Source: an uncultured Clostridia bacterium (lineage in GTDB: Bacteria > Bacillota > Clostridia > Christensenellales > CAG-138). From it: DNA of 64,000 bases. The DNA lies in NCBI GenBank assembly GCA_934633695.1, contig CAKTYT010000005.1, positions 6,865 through 70,864 of the forward strand. The letters run 5' to 3'. The notes under the pieces were generated by a model that saw only the letters and a program-made list of their open reading frames with translations, did no database searches and had not been told where the DNA came from. The position numbers were made by a program, and so were the translations under genes. Positions within the stretch are counted from its first letter, which is position 1. Each line of letters opens with the position of its first letter. Positions 18,499 through 28,697 of the stretch are shown one piece after another.

Positions 18499-20001
18499 TT
18501 ATAGATTGTAGATTTTAGTGAACTTGCTGACAAGATAATTAACGTAATACTCTGGGTCGAAGTGCTTTCCGCAGCAGTTTTGAAGCAGTTCATCAGGCTT
18601 AAGCAGGCGTCCGTACTTGTAAATTTTTTCCGTGAGCCATGCAGTAATTTCACTGATTCTGTTTTCGCTGACGAGCTTATCAATATCAAGCTCATCTTTC
18701 ATACTGTCAAGCATTTGTGCCCCATATGCAGAGCCGAGTGAATAGCTTGGGAAGTAGCCGAACGTGCCGCCGCTCCAGTGTGAATCCTGTAAAACACCGC
18801 AGCTGTCATTCGGAACGTCAATGCCGAGATACTCCTTGTAGAGCCTGTTCCATTCGGCAGGAAGTTCCTTTGTCGAAAGAGTGCCGTTGATAAGCCGCTT
18901 TTCAACCTCATAGCGAACGAGAATGTGAAGCGAGTATGTCAGTTCATCCGCTTCAGTTCTGATGAGAGATGGCTCAGCCTTGTTTACTGCAAGATAAAAA
19001 TCGTGTGGTCCGATGCCTTCAAGCTGCTCCGGGAAAAGCTCCTTGAGTTTCGGGAAAATAAGCTCGATAAAGGCCTCGCTCCTGCCGATAATGTTTTCAA
19101 AGAACCTTGACTGTGATTCATGCATTCCCATTGATGCACCGCCAGCAAGTGGTGATCCTATAAGGTCATCGCCCGTATTCAGCTCATAAAGAGCATGTCC
19201 GCCTTCATGAATGACCGAGTACATGCTGCTTGCAACCATATCTTCGTAATAATGTGTTGTAATACGAACGTCATGCTTGTTAAAATTCGTTGTGAACGGA
19301 TGCTCCGTTTCACCTATTGCACAATCGTCACGATTAATTCCCATGACTTCCATCAGGTAATCTGAAAGTTCTCTTTGCTTTTCGACTGGGTATTTTTTTT
19401 CAAGGAATGCAGTATTGATCACATTGCCCTTTTCTGTTACCTTCTTAATGAGCGGAATCAGCTTTTCTTTTATCAATTCAAAGTATTCGGTGAGCATCGC
19501 CATGCTTGCACCCGGTTCAAACTCGTTTAGCCAGTAATCGTAAGGCTCTGCTTCAGGCTTGACGAGTGCGGCAACTCTGCGGTTGTATGCAATGATTTTT
19601 TCGAGCACGGGTTCAAAGACCGCATAATCATTGTTCAGCTTAGCTTCGACCCATTTGCTCCTTGCTTCACTGAGTACCCCCATAAATGCAGTATATTCGT
19701 CCATTGGAATCTTTCTCAGCTGTTCAAGATCCCTTGCTGCTTCCTCTGCTTCACGTCTCGTGACAAAGTCAAGTTCGCCCTTGTTTGCGTTTAGTGTATC
19801 AATGACCTCAAAAGCTTCGTCATTGACCGTAAGCTTATAGGTAATTTCGGACATTGTTTCCATTGTCCTTCCAAGACCAGCACTGGAATTTTTCGGTGCT
19901 GCGGTCGATGCATCATATGAAAGTACTCCGAATGCATGATTGTATGCATCCATCATTTCATTCTTCTTTTTGAAGAGCTCTATCGCCTTTTTCAGTTCCA
20001 T
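18499..20001 (-). CDS. M32 (Taq-type) metallocarboxypeptidase
   Basis: Contains the HEGGHALYE zinc motif and the expected length. The ATG at 20001 follows an AAGGTGA SD, so I prefer it over the GTG at 20010. Confidence 0.85.
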   Translation of the reverse strand: MELKKAIELFKKKNEMMDAYNHAFGVLSYDASTAAPKNSSAGLGRTMETMSEITYKLTVNDEAFEVIDTLNANKGELDFVTRREAEEAARDLEQLRKIPMDEYTAFMGVLSEARSKWVEAKLNNDYAVFEPVLEKIIAYNRRVAALVKPEAEPYDYWLNEFEPGASMAMLTEYFELIKEKLIPLIKKVTEKGNVINTAFLEKKYPVEKQRELSDYLMEVMGINRDDCAIGETEHPFTTNFNKHDVRITTHYYEDMVASSMYSVIHEGGHALYELNTGDDLIGSPLAGGASMGMHESQSRFFENIIGRSEAFIELIFPKLKELFPEQLEGIGPHDFYLAVNKAEPSLIRTEADELTYSLHILVRYEVEKRLINGTLSTKELPAEWNRLYKEYLGIDVPNDSCGVLQDSHWSGGTFGYFPSYSLGSAYGAQMLDSMKDELDIDKLVSENRISEITAWLTEKIYKYGRLLKPDELLQNCCGKHFDPEYYVNYLVSKFTKIYNL

Positions 20002-20051
20002 TTTTGTCACCTTTCTTGAAAAATTTTTTCGTTTCCCGTGAATTATTTACA

Positions 20052-21158
20052 TCAGTTGCCGTTAAACAACCTTACAGGAAGAACCATGTAGTAAAAAGCA
20101 TCACCTTCTACCGGAGTAATAACGCAGGGCATGACTGAATTGTTCATATTGAGATATGCCTGTTCAGCATCGATGTTTTTCATGACTTCCAAAATATATT
20201 TCGCATTAAATGCTATTTCAAGCTCCTTGCCCATAGTTTGGACCTCAATTTCATCGTCAATATTGCCCTTTTCGCTGTTTGCAGTGATGGAAAGAATACC
20301 TTCTGTAAATGAAAGCTTTATTAGGTTGGATTTTGATTCCCTTGCCATGAGTGACGCTCTTTCGACACTCTCGCGAAGTTCAACGCAGTTAATAAGCACC
20401 TTCGTTGAGAATGACTTGGGCAGAATTCCCCTGTAGTTAACGTACTCACCGTCAAGCAGTCTTGAAATAATACTGGTCTCACCAAACTTTATTTTTACAT
20501 GAGTGGATGAGAACATGAGCCTGATCCTGTCGTCATCATTGGGGAGAATTGATGAAATTTCATTAATTGCACGTGTCGGAATGATAACGGATTTTTCACC
20601 CGTACAGTTTTCGACTTTTTCATTTCTCATGGCAAGTCTGAACCCGTCGAGTGCGACCATCACGAGCTGATCTTCAGAAAACTTAAGGCATACACCATTG
20701 AGTATCGGCTTTGTATCATCAACCGAGACTGAAAACGCTGTCTGCCTTATCATGTTTTTGAGTATGCTCTTACTTATTTCAGCAGAAAATTCGTCATTGA
20801 CCTTGACCATCTCCGGATAATCATCGGCGGGGTTGATCTGGAGAGATGTTTTTACTCTGCCTGAGCTGATTTTCACAGAGTTTCCGTCTCCCGAAAATTC
20901 AACAGTTTCACCGTTAAATCTCTTTATGAGGTCCGCACAGAGTCTTCCAGGAATAACCGCACTCCCTTCTTCGATAACCATTGCTGGAATTTCCGTTTCG
21001 ATTTGGAGCGAAAGATCTGAGCACTTCATAAACAAAGTATTGTTAAAAGCATAGAAATAAATCCCCTCAAGAATGCTGAGACTGCTGTGAGCAGGCATTG
21101 CCCTTGTGACAACGCTGACGGCTTCATTTAATTCCTTCGTTGAGACTGAGAATTGCAT
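20052..21158 (-). CDS. dnaN: DNA polymerase III beta sliding clamp
   Basis: The 368-aa ORF has a typical DnaN three-domain translation and a GGGAGG SD. Confidence 0.9.
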   Translation of the reverse strand: MQFSVSTKELNEAVSVVTRAMPAHSSLSILEGIYFYAFNNTLFMKCSDLSLQIETEIPAMVIEEGSAVIPGRLCADLIKRFNGETVEFSGDGNSVKISSGRVKTSLQINPADDYPEMVKVNDEFSAEISKSILKNMIRQTAFSVSVDDTKPILNGVCLKFSEDQLVMVALDGFRLAMRNEKVENCTGEKSVIIPTRAINEISSILPNDDDRIRLMFSSTHVKIKFGETSIISRLLDGEYVNYRGILPKSFSTKVLINCVELRESVERASLMARESKSNLIKLSFTEGILSITANSEKGNIDDEIEVQTMGKELEIAFNAKYILEVMKNIDAEQAYLNMNNSVMPCVITPVEGDAFYYMVLPVRLFNGN

Positions 21159-21190
21159 TTTTATCCTCCCGTTGTTATTTTATAGTACCG

Positions 21191-21443
21191 CAGCAGTAGT
21201 ATTAGGGGGTGCGGATAGCGTGGAAAACCCTATTTTATGCGGCGGCGATTGGATTTTTTGTGTTGATATCCCTGTGGAAATAACACGGAAAAAGAGATTG
21301 TTTATCCACATTGTTCCACTTATCCCCGAAATCCTCAATATATCAAAATCTTTCCATGAGGATAACGTGGATAAGTGGGATAATATCCTTCGTCGAAATT
21401 TTTTTATCCGTGCGAAAGCGGAAGTTATCCTCGTTTATCCGTA
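21191..21443. other. Candidate oriC DnaA-box cluster
   Basis: One perfect box TTATCCACA (21302-21310). One-mismatch boxes TGAGGATAA (21357-21365) and CGTGGATAA (21366-21374). At least 6 two-mismatch boxes, including 21210, 21261, 21273, 21320, 21425 and 21435. A TAG-type trinucleotide run followed by a G-rich block lies at 21191-21214. Confidence 0.7.
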
Positions 21444-21605
21444 GAGTGGACTGCAATCATCTTCCACTGTAAATTATAGAGTAAATTGCAAGGGAAGGCA
21501 AGCCCGGATTGCTTGTTTTTTGCTGTTGTAGTCAATTGGGAGGTTGAATTTCTGTTGCTTTTTTTAAACCAATCATTTATAATGCAACATGAAGAGGTGT
21601 TTTAA

Positions 21606-23024
21606 TTGGACATGCTTGAGATTGTAGAAAAGACGATAACGGCACATGACCTGATCCGCTCGGGAGACAGAGTTTTAGTTGCTTTGAGCGGCGGGGCCGA
21701 TTCGATTTTTTTGGCGGAGGTACTGCTCTCACTCGCACCGAAATTGGGATTTTGTATTACTGCCGCCCATTATAATCACAGTATCCGCGGTGAGAATGCC
21801 GATAGGGATGAAGCCTTTGTCTGTCAATTTTGCAGTCAGCGGAGAATACCGTTTTTTACGGAAAAAGGAGATGTGCCCTATTTCGCAAGGAAAAACGGCT
21901 TGTCTTTTGAGACAGCAGCAAGGCTCAAAAGATATGAGTTTCTAAGACGCACGCTGAAGGAGACCGGCTGTAGAGTCATTGCAACTGCACACCATTTGGA
22001 TGACAATGCGGAAAGCATTCTTCTTCATCTGTTTCGCGGCAGCGGTTCCCGCGGTTTATGCGGCATGGGGTACGTGTCGGGAGACGTCATTCACCCTTTG
22101 CTGGATGTGCGGCGGAGTGATATTGAGTCTTTTCTTGAGGTGAACAAGATCGACTTTGTGACGGATGAAACAAATTTTGAAGATGAATGCACGAGGAATG
22201 CACTGAGACTCAGAATCATTCCGGATTTGGAGAAAAACATAAACCCGGCCGTGAAGCAGGCTATCGTCAGGTGCGGCAGAACTATCGGCGAGGATGAGGA
22301 GTTTTTGATGCATACGGCGTCAAAGGAGTTTGCGGAGATCGCAGAAAAGAAAATGCCAGATTGTACTCTCATCAAAAAATTACAGCTCGATTCCATGCCG
22401 AACCCAATCAAGAAGAGAGTTATAAGACTTGCACTTGAAAGCATAGGTGTTATTTCCGACATTGAATACAAGCATATTCTCGCTGTTGCAGAGCTTGCAA
22501 GGGCAAAGTCGGGAGCAAAGATCGATATTCCCCATGCAGATGTGTGTGTCGATTTCGAATTTCTTGCCTTTAAAAGGCGTATTGCTGGAGAAAAAAACAC
22601 CGAATTTACAGAGCAAAGGCTCAAGATCGACCGCAAACAGCTCCCGAGGGATTTTTTATCGGTCGAACGATTCTGCACAATGAACGGAGAGTTAATTTTC
22701 AGCATGTATGATATGAATGGAGAGTTTCCCGAATTCGATAAAAATACCGCTTATCTTGACATGAAAAAATTGAGATTTCCGCTTGAAGTCAGGACCAGGC
22801 AGCAGGGCGACAGGATCCGCCCGGCAAATTCGACAGGCACAAAGAAGCTCAAAGATTACTTTATTGCCAACAAAATAAGTGCAGTTCGCCGCGATAAGCT
22901 GCCGCTACTGCTTTCCGAGGGCGAAATTGTGTTTATCCCTGGGCTTTGTACAGCGGAGAAGGCGAAAATTGACGAAAAAACAGAGCTTTGCCTCAAAGTT
23001 GAATGGAAAGGCTTTGCTGAATAA
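21606..23024 (+). CDS. tilS: tRNA(Ile)-lysidine synthase
   Basis: The 472-aa ORF has the PP-loop ALSGGADS. The start is TTG at 21606 or ATG at 21612. Confidence 0.88.
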   Translation: MDMLEIVEKTITAHDLIRSGDRVLVALSGGADSIFLAEVLLSLAPKLGFCITAAHYNHSIRGENADRDEAFVCQFCSQRRIPFFTEKGDVPYFARKNGLSFETAARLKRYEFLRRTLKETGCRVIATAHHLDDNAESILLHLFRGSGSRGLCGMGYVSGDVIHPLLDVRRSDIESFLEVNKIDFVTDETNFEDECTRNALRLRIIPDLEKNINPAVKQAIVRCGRTIGEDEEFLMHTASKEFAEIAEKKMPDCTLIKKLQLDSMPNPIKKRVIRLALESIGVISDIEYKHILAVAELARAKSGAKIDIPHADVCVDFEFLAFKRRIAGEKNTEFTEQRLKIDRKQLPRDFLSVERFCTMNGELIFSMYDMNGEFPEFDKNTAYLDMKKLRFPLEVRTRQQGDRIRPANSTGTKKLKDYFIANKISAVRRDKLPLLLSEGEIVFIPGLCTAEKAKIDEKTELCLKVEWKGFAE

Positions 23025-23052
23025 AACAACGAAAAGAGAGAAAGGGTTTATT

Positions 23053-23610
23053 ATGATTAAAAAAACGGGACTTGAAAACGATATTGCGTACAAATTGATA
23101 AAGAAAGAAACCATTCAGAAGCGAGTCAGCGAACTTGCAAAGACCTTGTCGGATGACTATAAGGGCAAAAATCCCATTTTTGTCTGCGTTCTTCGTGGTT
23201 CCGTTCACTTCTTCAGTGATTTGACAAGGCAGTTTTCGGACTATTGCGAGCTGGATTTTCTTGCTGTCTCAAGTTATGGAAATTCAATGAAAAATTCCGG
23301 CAGTGTCCGCATAAAAAAAGATATGGATATGAGCATAACGAATCGACACGTTATCATTGTTGAGGACATTATGGATTCCGGTCTTACTCTGAACAGTCTG
23401 ACGGCTCTTCTGAGTGAACGCAAGCCTGCTTCACTCAAGGTCGTTTCGCTTCTTGACAAACCGGAACGCAGAGAGTGTGCAATTACCCCCGATTACGTCG
23501 GATTCGTGGTCCCGAATGAATTTGTCGTCGGCTATGGGCTTGACTATGCGGGGATTTACCGTAATCTACCGTACATCGGTGTACTCAAAAAAGAAGTTTA
23601 CGAAGGCTGA
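23053..23610 (+). CDS. hpt: Hypoxanthine phosphoribosyltransferase
   Basis: Translation from MIKKTGLEND... has the PRPP motif VIIVEDIMDSGLTL. It shows the classic tilS-hpt linkage. Confidence 0.9.
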   Translation: MIKKTGLENDIAYKLIKKETIQKRVSELAKTLSDDYKGKNPIFVCVLRGSVHFFSDLTRQFSDYCELDFLAVSSYGNSMKNSGSVRIKKDMDMSITNRHVIIVEDIMDSGLTLNSLTALLSERKPASLKVVSLLDKPERRECAITPDYVGFVVPNEFVVGYGLDYAGIYRNLPYIGVLKKEVYEG

Positions 23611-23687
23611 TAGCCCAGTTAATAAAAAATTGATTTTCTTGTGCTAAACTCGCGTCAGCTGAGTAAAAGCAGAATCAGGGAGGTAAA

Positions 23688-24701
23688 ATGGCTGTTCTTC
23701 TTACCGGCGGTGCCGGATACATTGGTTCGCATACCGCAGTCGAGCTTATGAACTGCGGTTACGACGTCGTTATTGCTGACGACCTTTCAAACAGCTGCGA
23801 GGAGGTCGTGTCGAGAATTGAAGAATTGGGTGGAGGCAAAGTAAAGTTTTATAAGATCGATGTTTGCCTGAAGCCCGATCTTGAAAGAGTGTTTGAAGAA
23901 AATAAAATTGACTCCGTTATTCACTTTGCAGGCAAAAAAGCTGTCGGTGAATCCGTCGCAATGCCCGTTGAGTATTACAGAAACAATCTGTACGCAACTA
24001 TAAATCTGCTTGAAGTCATGAAGAATCATAATACTGATAAGATTGTTTTCAGCTCCTCAGCGACTGTTTACGGTTCGCCAAAGTCAGTTCCCGTTGATGA
24101 AACGGCGGATACATGGTGTACAAACCCCTACGGTTGGACAAAGTATATGAGCGAGCAGATAATGCGTGATGCGTGTGCTGCCGATAAGGATCTCAGCTGT
24201 ATGCTCCTGCGGTATTTTAACCCTATCGGTGCCCACAGCAGCGGCAGGATCGGCGAAGACCCGAGGGGTATTCCTAATAATCTCATGCCGTACATCTCTC
24301 AGGTAGCTGTCGGAAGGCGAGAAAGGCTCTCCGTCTACGGAAATGACTATAACACTCCCGACGGAACGGGCGTGCGTGATTACATCCACGTTGTTGATCT
24401 TGCGAAGGGTCACATTGCCGCACTTAAGTATGCACAGGATCACAAGGGCTGCACCGTTGTCAATTTGGGTACGGGCAAAGGCTACAGCGTTCTTGATATT
24501 GTGAAGGCTTTTGAACGGGCAAACGGGATAAAAATTCCGTTCGTCATAACTGAGAGACGGCCCGGAGATGTTGAGACCTTGTATGCAAATCCTGCCCGTG
24601 CACAAGAGCTTCTCGGCTGGAAGGCGGAGCTTGATATTGAAGATATGTGCAGGGATACATGGAATTGGCAGAAAAATAATCCCAACGGGTACAGGGGCTG
24701 A
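23688..24701 (+). CDS. galE: UDP-glucose 4-epimerase
   Basis: The 337-aa ORF has GGAGYIGSH and the YGWTK (YxxxK) motif. Confidence 0.9.
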   Translation: MAVLLTGGAGYIGSHTAVELMNCGYDVVIADDLSNSCEEVVSRIEELGGGKVKFYKIDVCLKPDLERVFEENKIDSVIHFAGKKAVGESVAMPVEYYRNNLYATINLLEVMKNHNTDKIVFSSSATVYGSPKSVPVDETADTWCTNPYGWTKYMSEQIMRDACAADKDLSCMLLRYFNPIGAHSSGRIGEDPRGIPNNLMPYISQVAVGRRERLSVYGNDYNTPDGTGVRDYIHVVDLAKGHIAALKYAQDHKGCTVVNLGTGKGYSVLDIVKAFERANGIKIPFVITERRPGDVETLYANPARAQELLGWKAELDIEDMCRDTWNWQKNNPNGYRG

Positions 24702-24719
24702 TAGCACGCAGGAGGCTGT

Positions 24720-25772
24720 ATGGACGAGAAAAAAAAGAAAAAGAGCAAAGCATTGCCGATAATTCTGGCAGCTATCGTGGTACTTCTCTTTGGTTTTTGC
24801 CTGTTTGTTTATATCAAACTCGGCGGAATGAGTAAAAATGCCGTTGTGACAGTGCCCAAACCTACCGGCGGAGTGGAGATCATTCAGCCGAAAGAGACGC
24901 TCGTCCCCGTTGCAAATCCCGATGATCTTGATTTGTCTGATGATTTTGAACCCGATATCGACCCGGATCAAATCAGCGATGACCCGATTTTTCACCTTGA
25001 CGCAAAAGATAAGGATGTCGTGAATATCCTCTTCGTTGGCAATGATGCACTCGATGCCGTTGATCACGGAAGAACCGACAGTATGATCCTTATTTCGTAC
25101 AACAAGCGGACGCGTGAAGCGAAGATGCTGTCATTTTTGAGAGATACGTGGATCTATATCCCAGGAAGGTCGACGTGGAACAGGCTCAATACGGCATTCA
25201 GGTTTGGCGGGGTAGGACTGATGATCAACACCATAAACACTAATTTTGACCTCGATATTCAGTACTATATGCGTGTTGATTTCAATTCACTGGTGGAGAT
25301 AACGGATAGACTTGGCGGGATCGACCTCGAACTGTCAGAAACTGAGATAGAATATATAAATAATGGGAATGAAGAAAAATTGCCCGTTAAGGCAGGCTGG
25401 CATCACCTGAATGGCAGGCAGACTCTCACTCATGCAAGGAACCGACGAATCGGCAATGGCGACTGGTCGAGAACGGAGCGTCAACGCAATATAATGTTTG
25501 CATTTCTTCGCAGGGCAAAGCAGGAAAAGAATGTCGTTGCCCTGTCGTCCCTTGTCTATGACCTCATCGATAAAGTCGAAACAAATCTGACCCCGAGCCA
25601 GTTGGTTTCGCTTGCGGTCGATGTCGTGTTTGGCGGTGAAATTGATATAAAGAACAGACCTGTTCCCTTTGAAGGAACATGGGAGTATGCATGGGAAGGA
25701 AAGATGGCTGTCATTCATATCGATATAGAACGCAATGCACAGCTCATCAACAATTATATTTACGGAGAATAA
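24720..25772 (+). CDS. LytR-CpsA-Psr (LCP) family cell-envelope polymer transferase
   Basis: The 350-aa ORF has an N-terminal TM segment and an LCP core (NILFVGNDA...GRTDSMILISYN). Confidence 0.8.
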   Translation: MDEKKKKKSKALPIILAAIVVLLFGFCLFVYIKLGGMSKNAVVTVPKPTGGVEIIQPKETLVPVANPDDLDLSDDFEPDIDPDQISDDPIFHLDAKDKDVVNILFVGNDALDAVDHGRTDSMILISYNKRTREAKMLSFLRDTWIYIPGRSTWNRLNTAFRFGGVGLMINTINTNFDLDIQYYMRVDFNSLVEITDRLGGIDLELSETEIEYINNGNEEKLPVKAGWHHLNGRQTLTHARNRRIGNGDWSRTERQRNIMFAFLRRAKQEKNVVALSSLVYDLIDKVETNLTPSQLVSLAVDVVFGGEIDIKNRPVPFEGTWEYAWEGKMAVIHIDIERNAQLINNYIYGE

Positions 25773-25845
25773 ACAAGTGGGTACGTCCCATTGTCCGCAT
25801 CCGTGGGGGAAAATTTTATGAAAGGACTGGAAAATCTTTGTAACC

Positions 25846-26790
25846 ATGAGCAAACCGGTAGGTGACAACAGAAATACGGAACACATAAGGGCATTGCTTG
25901 TTTTTAATCCGTTTGCAGGTGAAAACAAATCGATGCGTATCCTTCCACAAGTTATAAAGAACATGACGGACAACGGCTATGCCTGCATGACGTTTACAAC
26001 AACGGGAGTCGGTGCGGCAACGGATATCGTCGCCCGATACGGCGAAAAATGCAGCATGGTCGTCTGCTCCGGCGGGGATGGAACCGCAAATGAGATCATT
26101 CGCGGACTAATGACCATTGAGGCTGAAAAAAGGCCGGTATTCGGTTATATTCCGTCGGGCAGTACGAACGATTTTGCAAATGCACTCGGCATACCGAAGC
26201 TCGTTGACCAGGCTGTTGACAATCTCGTTTCGGGACAGATAGTTCCCGTTGATGTCGGGCTATTCAACGATCGCTACTATGCCTACGTCGCTGCATTCGG
26301 TGCATTTACTGATATTGCTTATACGACTTCTCAGGATGCGAAAAATATATGGGGTCCGCTTGCCTATGTTGTAAGCGGCCTTGGGAAGCTCAAGGATATC
26401 CACCCCGTGCGTGCAAGATTCACTATAAACGGAGAGGAAATAGTTGACGACTTCATTTTCTGTTCGATAAGCAATTCGAGAATTATCGGAGGCGTCATAA
26501 GACTGAAACCTGCATGGGTAGATTTGAATGACGGAAAGTTCGAAATTATTCTCATAAAATACCCTGCCAATGCAATTGAAACGGGGAAGATTGTCAACGC
26601 CATTTCATCGGGCGAAATGAGGAGCTGCGAGCTTATTCGGATGTTTTCAGCGGACGAAGTCAGGGTTGAAGCCCTCGGAAAGGATCCGATTTCGTGGTCG
26701 CTCGATGGGGAATCGGAAAAGGATGTGCGTGTTGCAACGATACGCAATGTTAAGTCAGGTATCCGTGCGATAGTTCCAAAAGCAAAATAG
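25846..26790 (+). CDS. Diacylglycerol/lipid kinase family protein (second paralog)
   Basis: The 314-aa ORF contains GGDGTANEI and FNPFAG. Confidence 0.8.
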   Translation: MSKPVGDNRNTEHIRALLVFNPFAGENKSMRILPQVIKNMTDNGYACMTFTTTGVGAATDIVARYGEKCSMVVCSGGDGTANEIIRGLMTIEAEKRPVFGYIPSGSTNDFANALGIPKLVDQAVDNLVSGQIVPVDVGLFNDRYYAYVAAFGAFTDIAYTTSQDAKNIWGPLAYVVSGLGKLKDIHPVRARFTINGEEIVDDFIFCSISNSRIIGGVIRLKPAWVDLNDGKFEIILIKYPANAIETGKIVNAISSGEMRSCELIRMFSADEVRVEALGKDPISWSLDGESEKDVRVATIRNVKSGIRAIVPKAK

Positions 26791-26805
26791 TTCAATAAAG
26801 CATAC

Positions 26806-26838
26806 GAGCCGCCGGGAGCATGCCGGCGGCTCTTGTTA
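26806..26838 (+). terminator. Terminator hairpin
   Basis: GAGCCGCCGG-loop-CCGGCGGCTC followed by TTGTT. Confidence 0.6.
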
Positions 26839-26950
26839 TACTCATTACAAGAAATTTCAGGCGGATTATATGTGCTTTTGAGGTTGCTTTTTCGGACAAA
26901 TTCTGCTAAAATATTGAGATTGTGCGAATATATGGAGGAATGATTTTCGA

Positions 26951-28342
26951 ATGACTAATGAGCCGTTGACCCCAGGTAAGAACAAAATGGGTACCATGCC
27001 GATAGGCAAACTTATGTTTAACATGTCTGTGCCGATGGTTATCTCCATGCTTGTACAGGCACTCTACAATGTTGTTGACAGTTATTTTGTTGCAAAAATC
27101 AGCAATGATGCGCTTACATCGGTGTCGCTTGCATACCCGATACAGATGCTCATGGTTTCCGTTTCTGTCGGAACGGGTATCGGTATCAATTCATATATGT
27201 CCAGAAGACTCGGTGCAGGCGATATTGATGCTGCAAACAAGGGAGCAAGCAACGGTCTTATGCTGCTCATTCTCTCTGCAGTGCTTTTCGCAGTGCTGGG
27301 TTTCTTTATAGAACCTTTCTTCAGGCTCTTTACAGATGAACCGCATCTCATTGAAATGGGCGTAGAATATCTCAAAATCTGCATGGTCTTCGGATTGGGT
27401 GTTTTCGTTCAGATCGGTTGTGAAAAGATCCTTCAGTCAATGGGAAAAACTTCCCTTTCAATGCTTACCCAGCTTGCGGGTGCAGTGGTGAACATTATTC
27501 TTGATCCCATGATGATTTTCGGTATTGGGCCATTCCCGGAGCTCGGTATCGCAGGTGCTGCATATGCAACTGTCATCGGTCAGTGGGTGGGCATGGCGGC
27601 GGCACTGCTCCTGGTTTTCGGAAAAAAACACGAAGTTACAGTTTCTTTCAGGGACTTCCGTCCCTGCGGAAAAACCATTGCGGAAATTTACCGCGTGGGT
27701 GCTCCCTCTATCATCATGCAATCCATAGGTTCCGTGATGAACATCGGAATGAATGCGATTTTCTCAAGAGTACTGCTCAGCAAGATCGGCGTTGCGGTCA
27801 TGGGCGTTTACTTCAAAGTGCAGTCAGTCATCTTTATGCCTCTGTTCGGCGTAACGAGTGCAAGCATGTCCATTTTTGCCTACAACTACGGTGCAAGGAA
27901 CAGACTCCGCTTTTCGAAGGCGTGGAAGGTCACTCTTGTAACTGCTCTCGTGATCATGTGTGTGGGAACGCTCCTCTTCCAACTCTTCCCGGAGCAGATA
28001 GTTTCGCTCTTTGACCCCGAGAATGCAATTACCGGCAGCGGTGCGGCGGCATTCAGGATTGTATCACTGCACTTCCCGATCGCTGCAATTTCAATAACGA
28101 TGTCTGTCACGTTTCAGGCGATCGGCAAGGGCATCAACAGTATGATAATGTCAATTATCCGCCAGCTTGGCGTACTTCTTCCCGCTGCTCTCATCCTTGC
28201 TCTCGTCTTCAGGTCAATGGATTCCGTATGGTGGAGCTTCTTCATTGCCGAATTTTCGGCGGTTATTTACGGTCTTCTCAATCTCTCGCATACTTGGAAG
28301 GCGGAAATAAAGCCTATGCCGGACGGGGAACCTGTCGACTGA
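26951..28342 (+). CDS. MATE family efflux transporter
   Basis: The 463-aa ORF has 12-TM character and the MATE N-terminal pattern (PMVISMLVQALYNVVDSYFV). Confidence 0.85.
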   Translation: MTNEPLTPGKNKMGTMPIGKLMFNMSVPMVISMLVQALYNVVDSYFVAKISNDALTSVSLAYPIQMLMVSVSVGTGIGINSYMSRRLGAGDIDAANKGASNGLMLLILSAVLFAVLGFFIEPFFRLFTDEPHLIEMGVEYLKICMVFGLGVFVQIGCEKILQSMGKTSLSMLTQLAGAVVNIILDPMMIFGIGPFPELGIAGAAYATVIGQWVGMAAALLLVFGKKHEVTVSFRDFRPCGKTIAEIYRVGAPSIIMQSIGSVMNIGMNAIFSRVLLSKIGVAVMGVYFKVQSVIFMPLFGVTSASMSIFAYNYGARNRLRFSKAWKVTLVTALVIMCVGTLLFQLFPEQIVSLFDPENAITGSGAAAFRIVSLHFPIAAISITMSVTFQAIGKGINSMIMSIIRQLGVLLPAALILALVFRSMDSVWWSFFIAEFSAVIYGLLNLSHTWKAEIKPMPDGEPVD

Positions 28343-28530
28343 AGCTGTAATGCCACCCAATAGCAATAACATCCGCTGAGCAAATGCCCGGCGGTTTTTT
28401 CATCATTCAATTGTGGAAAACGCGGATAAATACAGGGCAAAACACGAAGAAAGTCCCGAAAACACGCTGCATTATCCGCAGTTCAGCAAAGAAAAATCCA
28501 TTTTACGTTACTTTTGTCGAACGAATGGGA

Positions 28531-28559
28531 TTGACAGGCAGGACAATTCACCTTATAAT
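28531..28559 (+). promoter_or_regulatory. Consensus sigma-A promoter for greA-lysS
   Basis: TTGACA, 17 nt, TATAAT. This implies a ~130-nt leader before the greA ATG. Confidence 0.65.
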
Positions 28560-28697
28560 AAGCTGAATGTTTGTGCAGGCAGATTTTACTGCATGAACAC
28601 TTATGTTTTTATCAACTCGCCCGCAATGGCCGAGTTTGCGTCAAGGACTCATTTTTGAGCGACCGTGCGCTCGATAAATTATTCAAGGAGGCATAAT

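Noticed and set aside
24084-25067. A 327-aa minus-strand ORF spanning the galE 3' end, the intergenic gap and the LCP gene 5' end.
   Set aside because: It is antisense to two confident genes, crosses their intergenic SD region, and shows no domain-like sequence.
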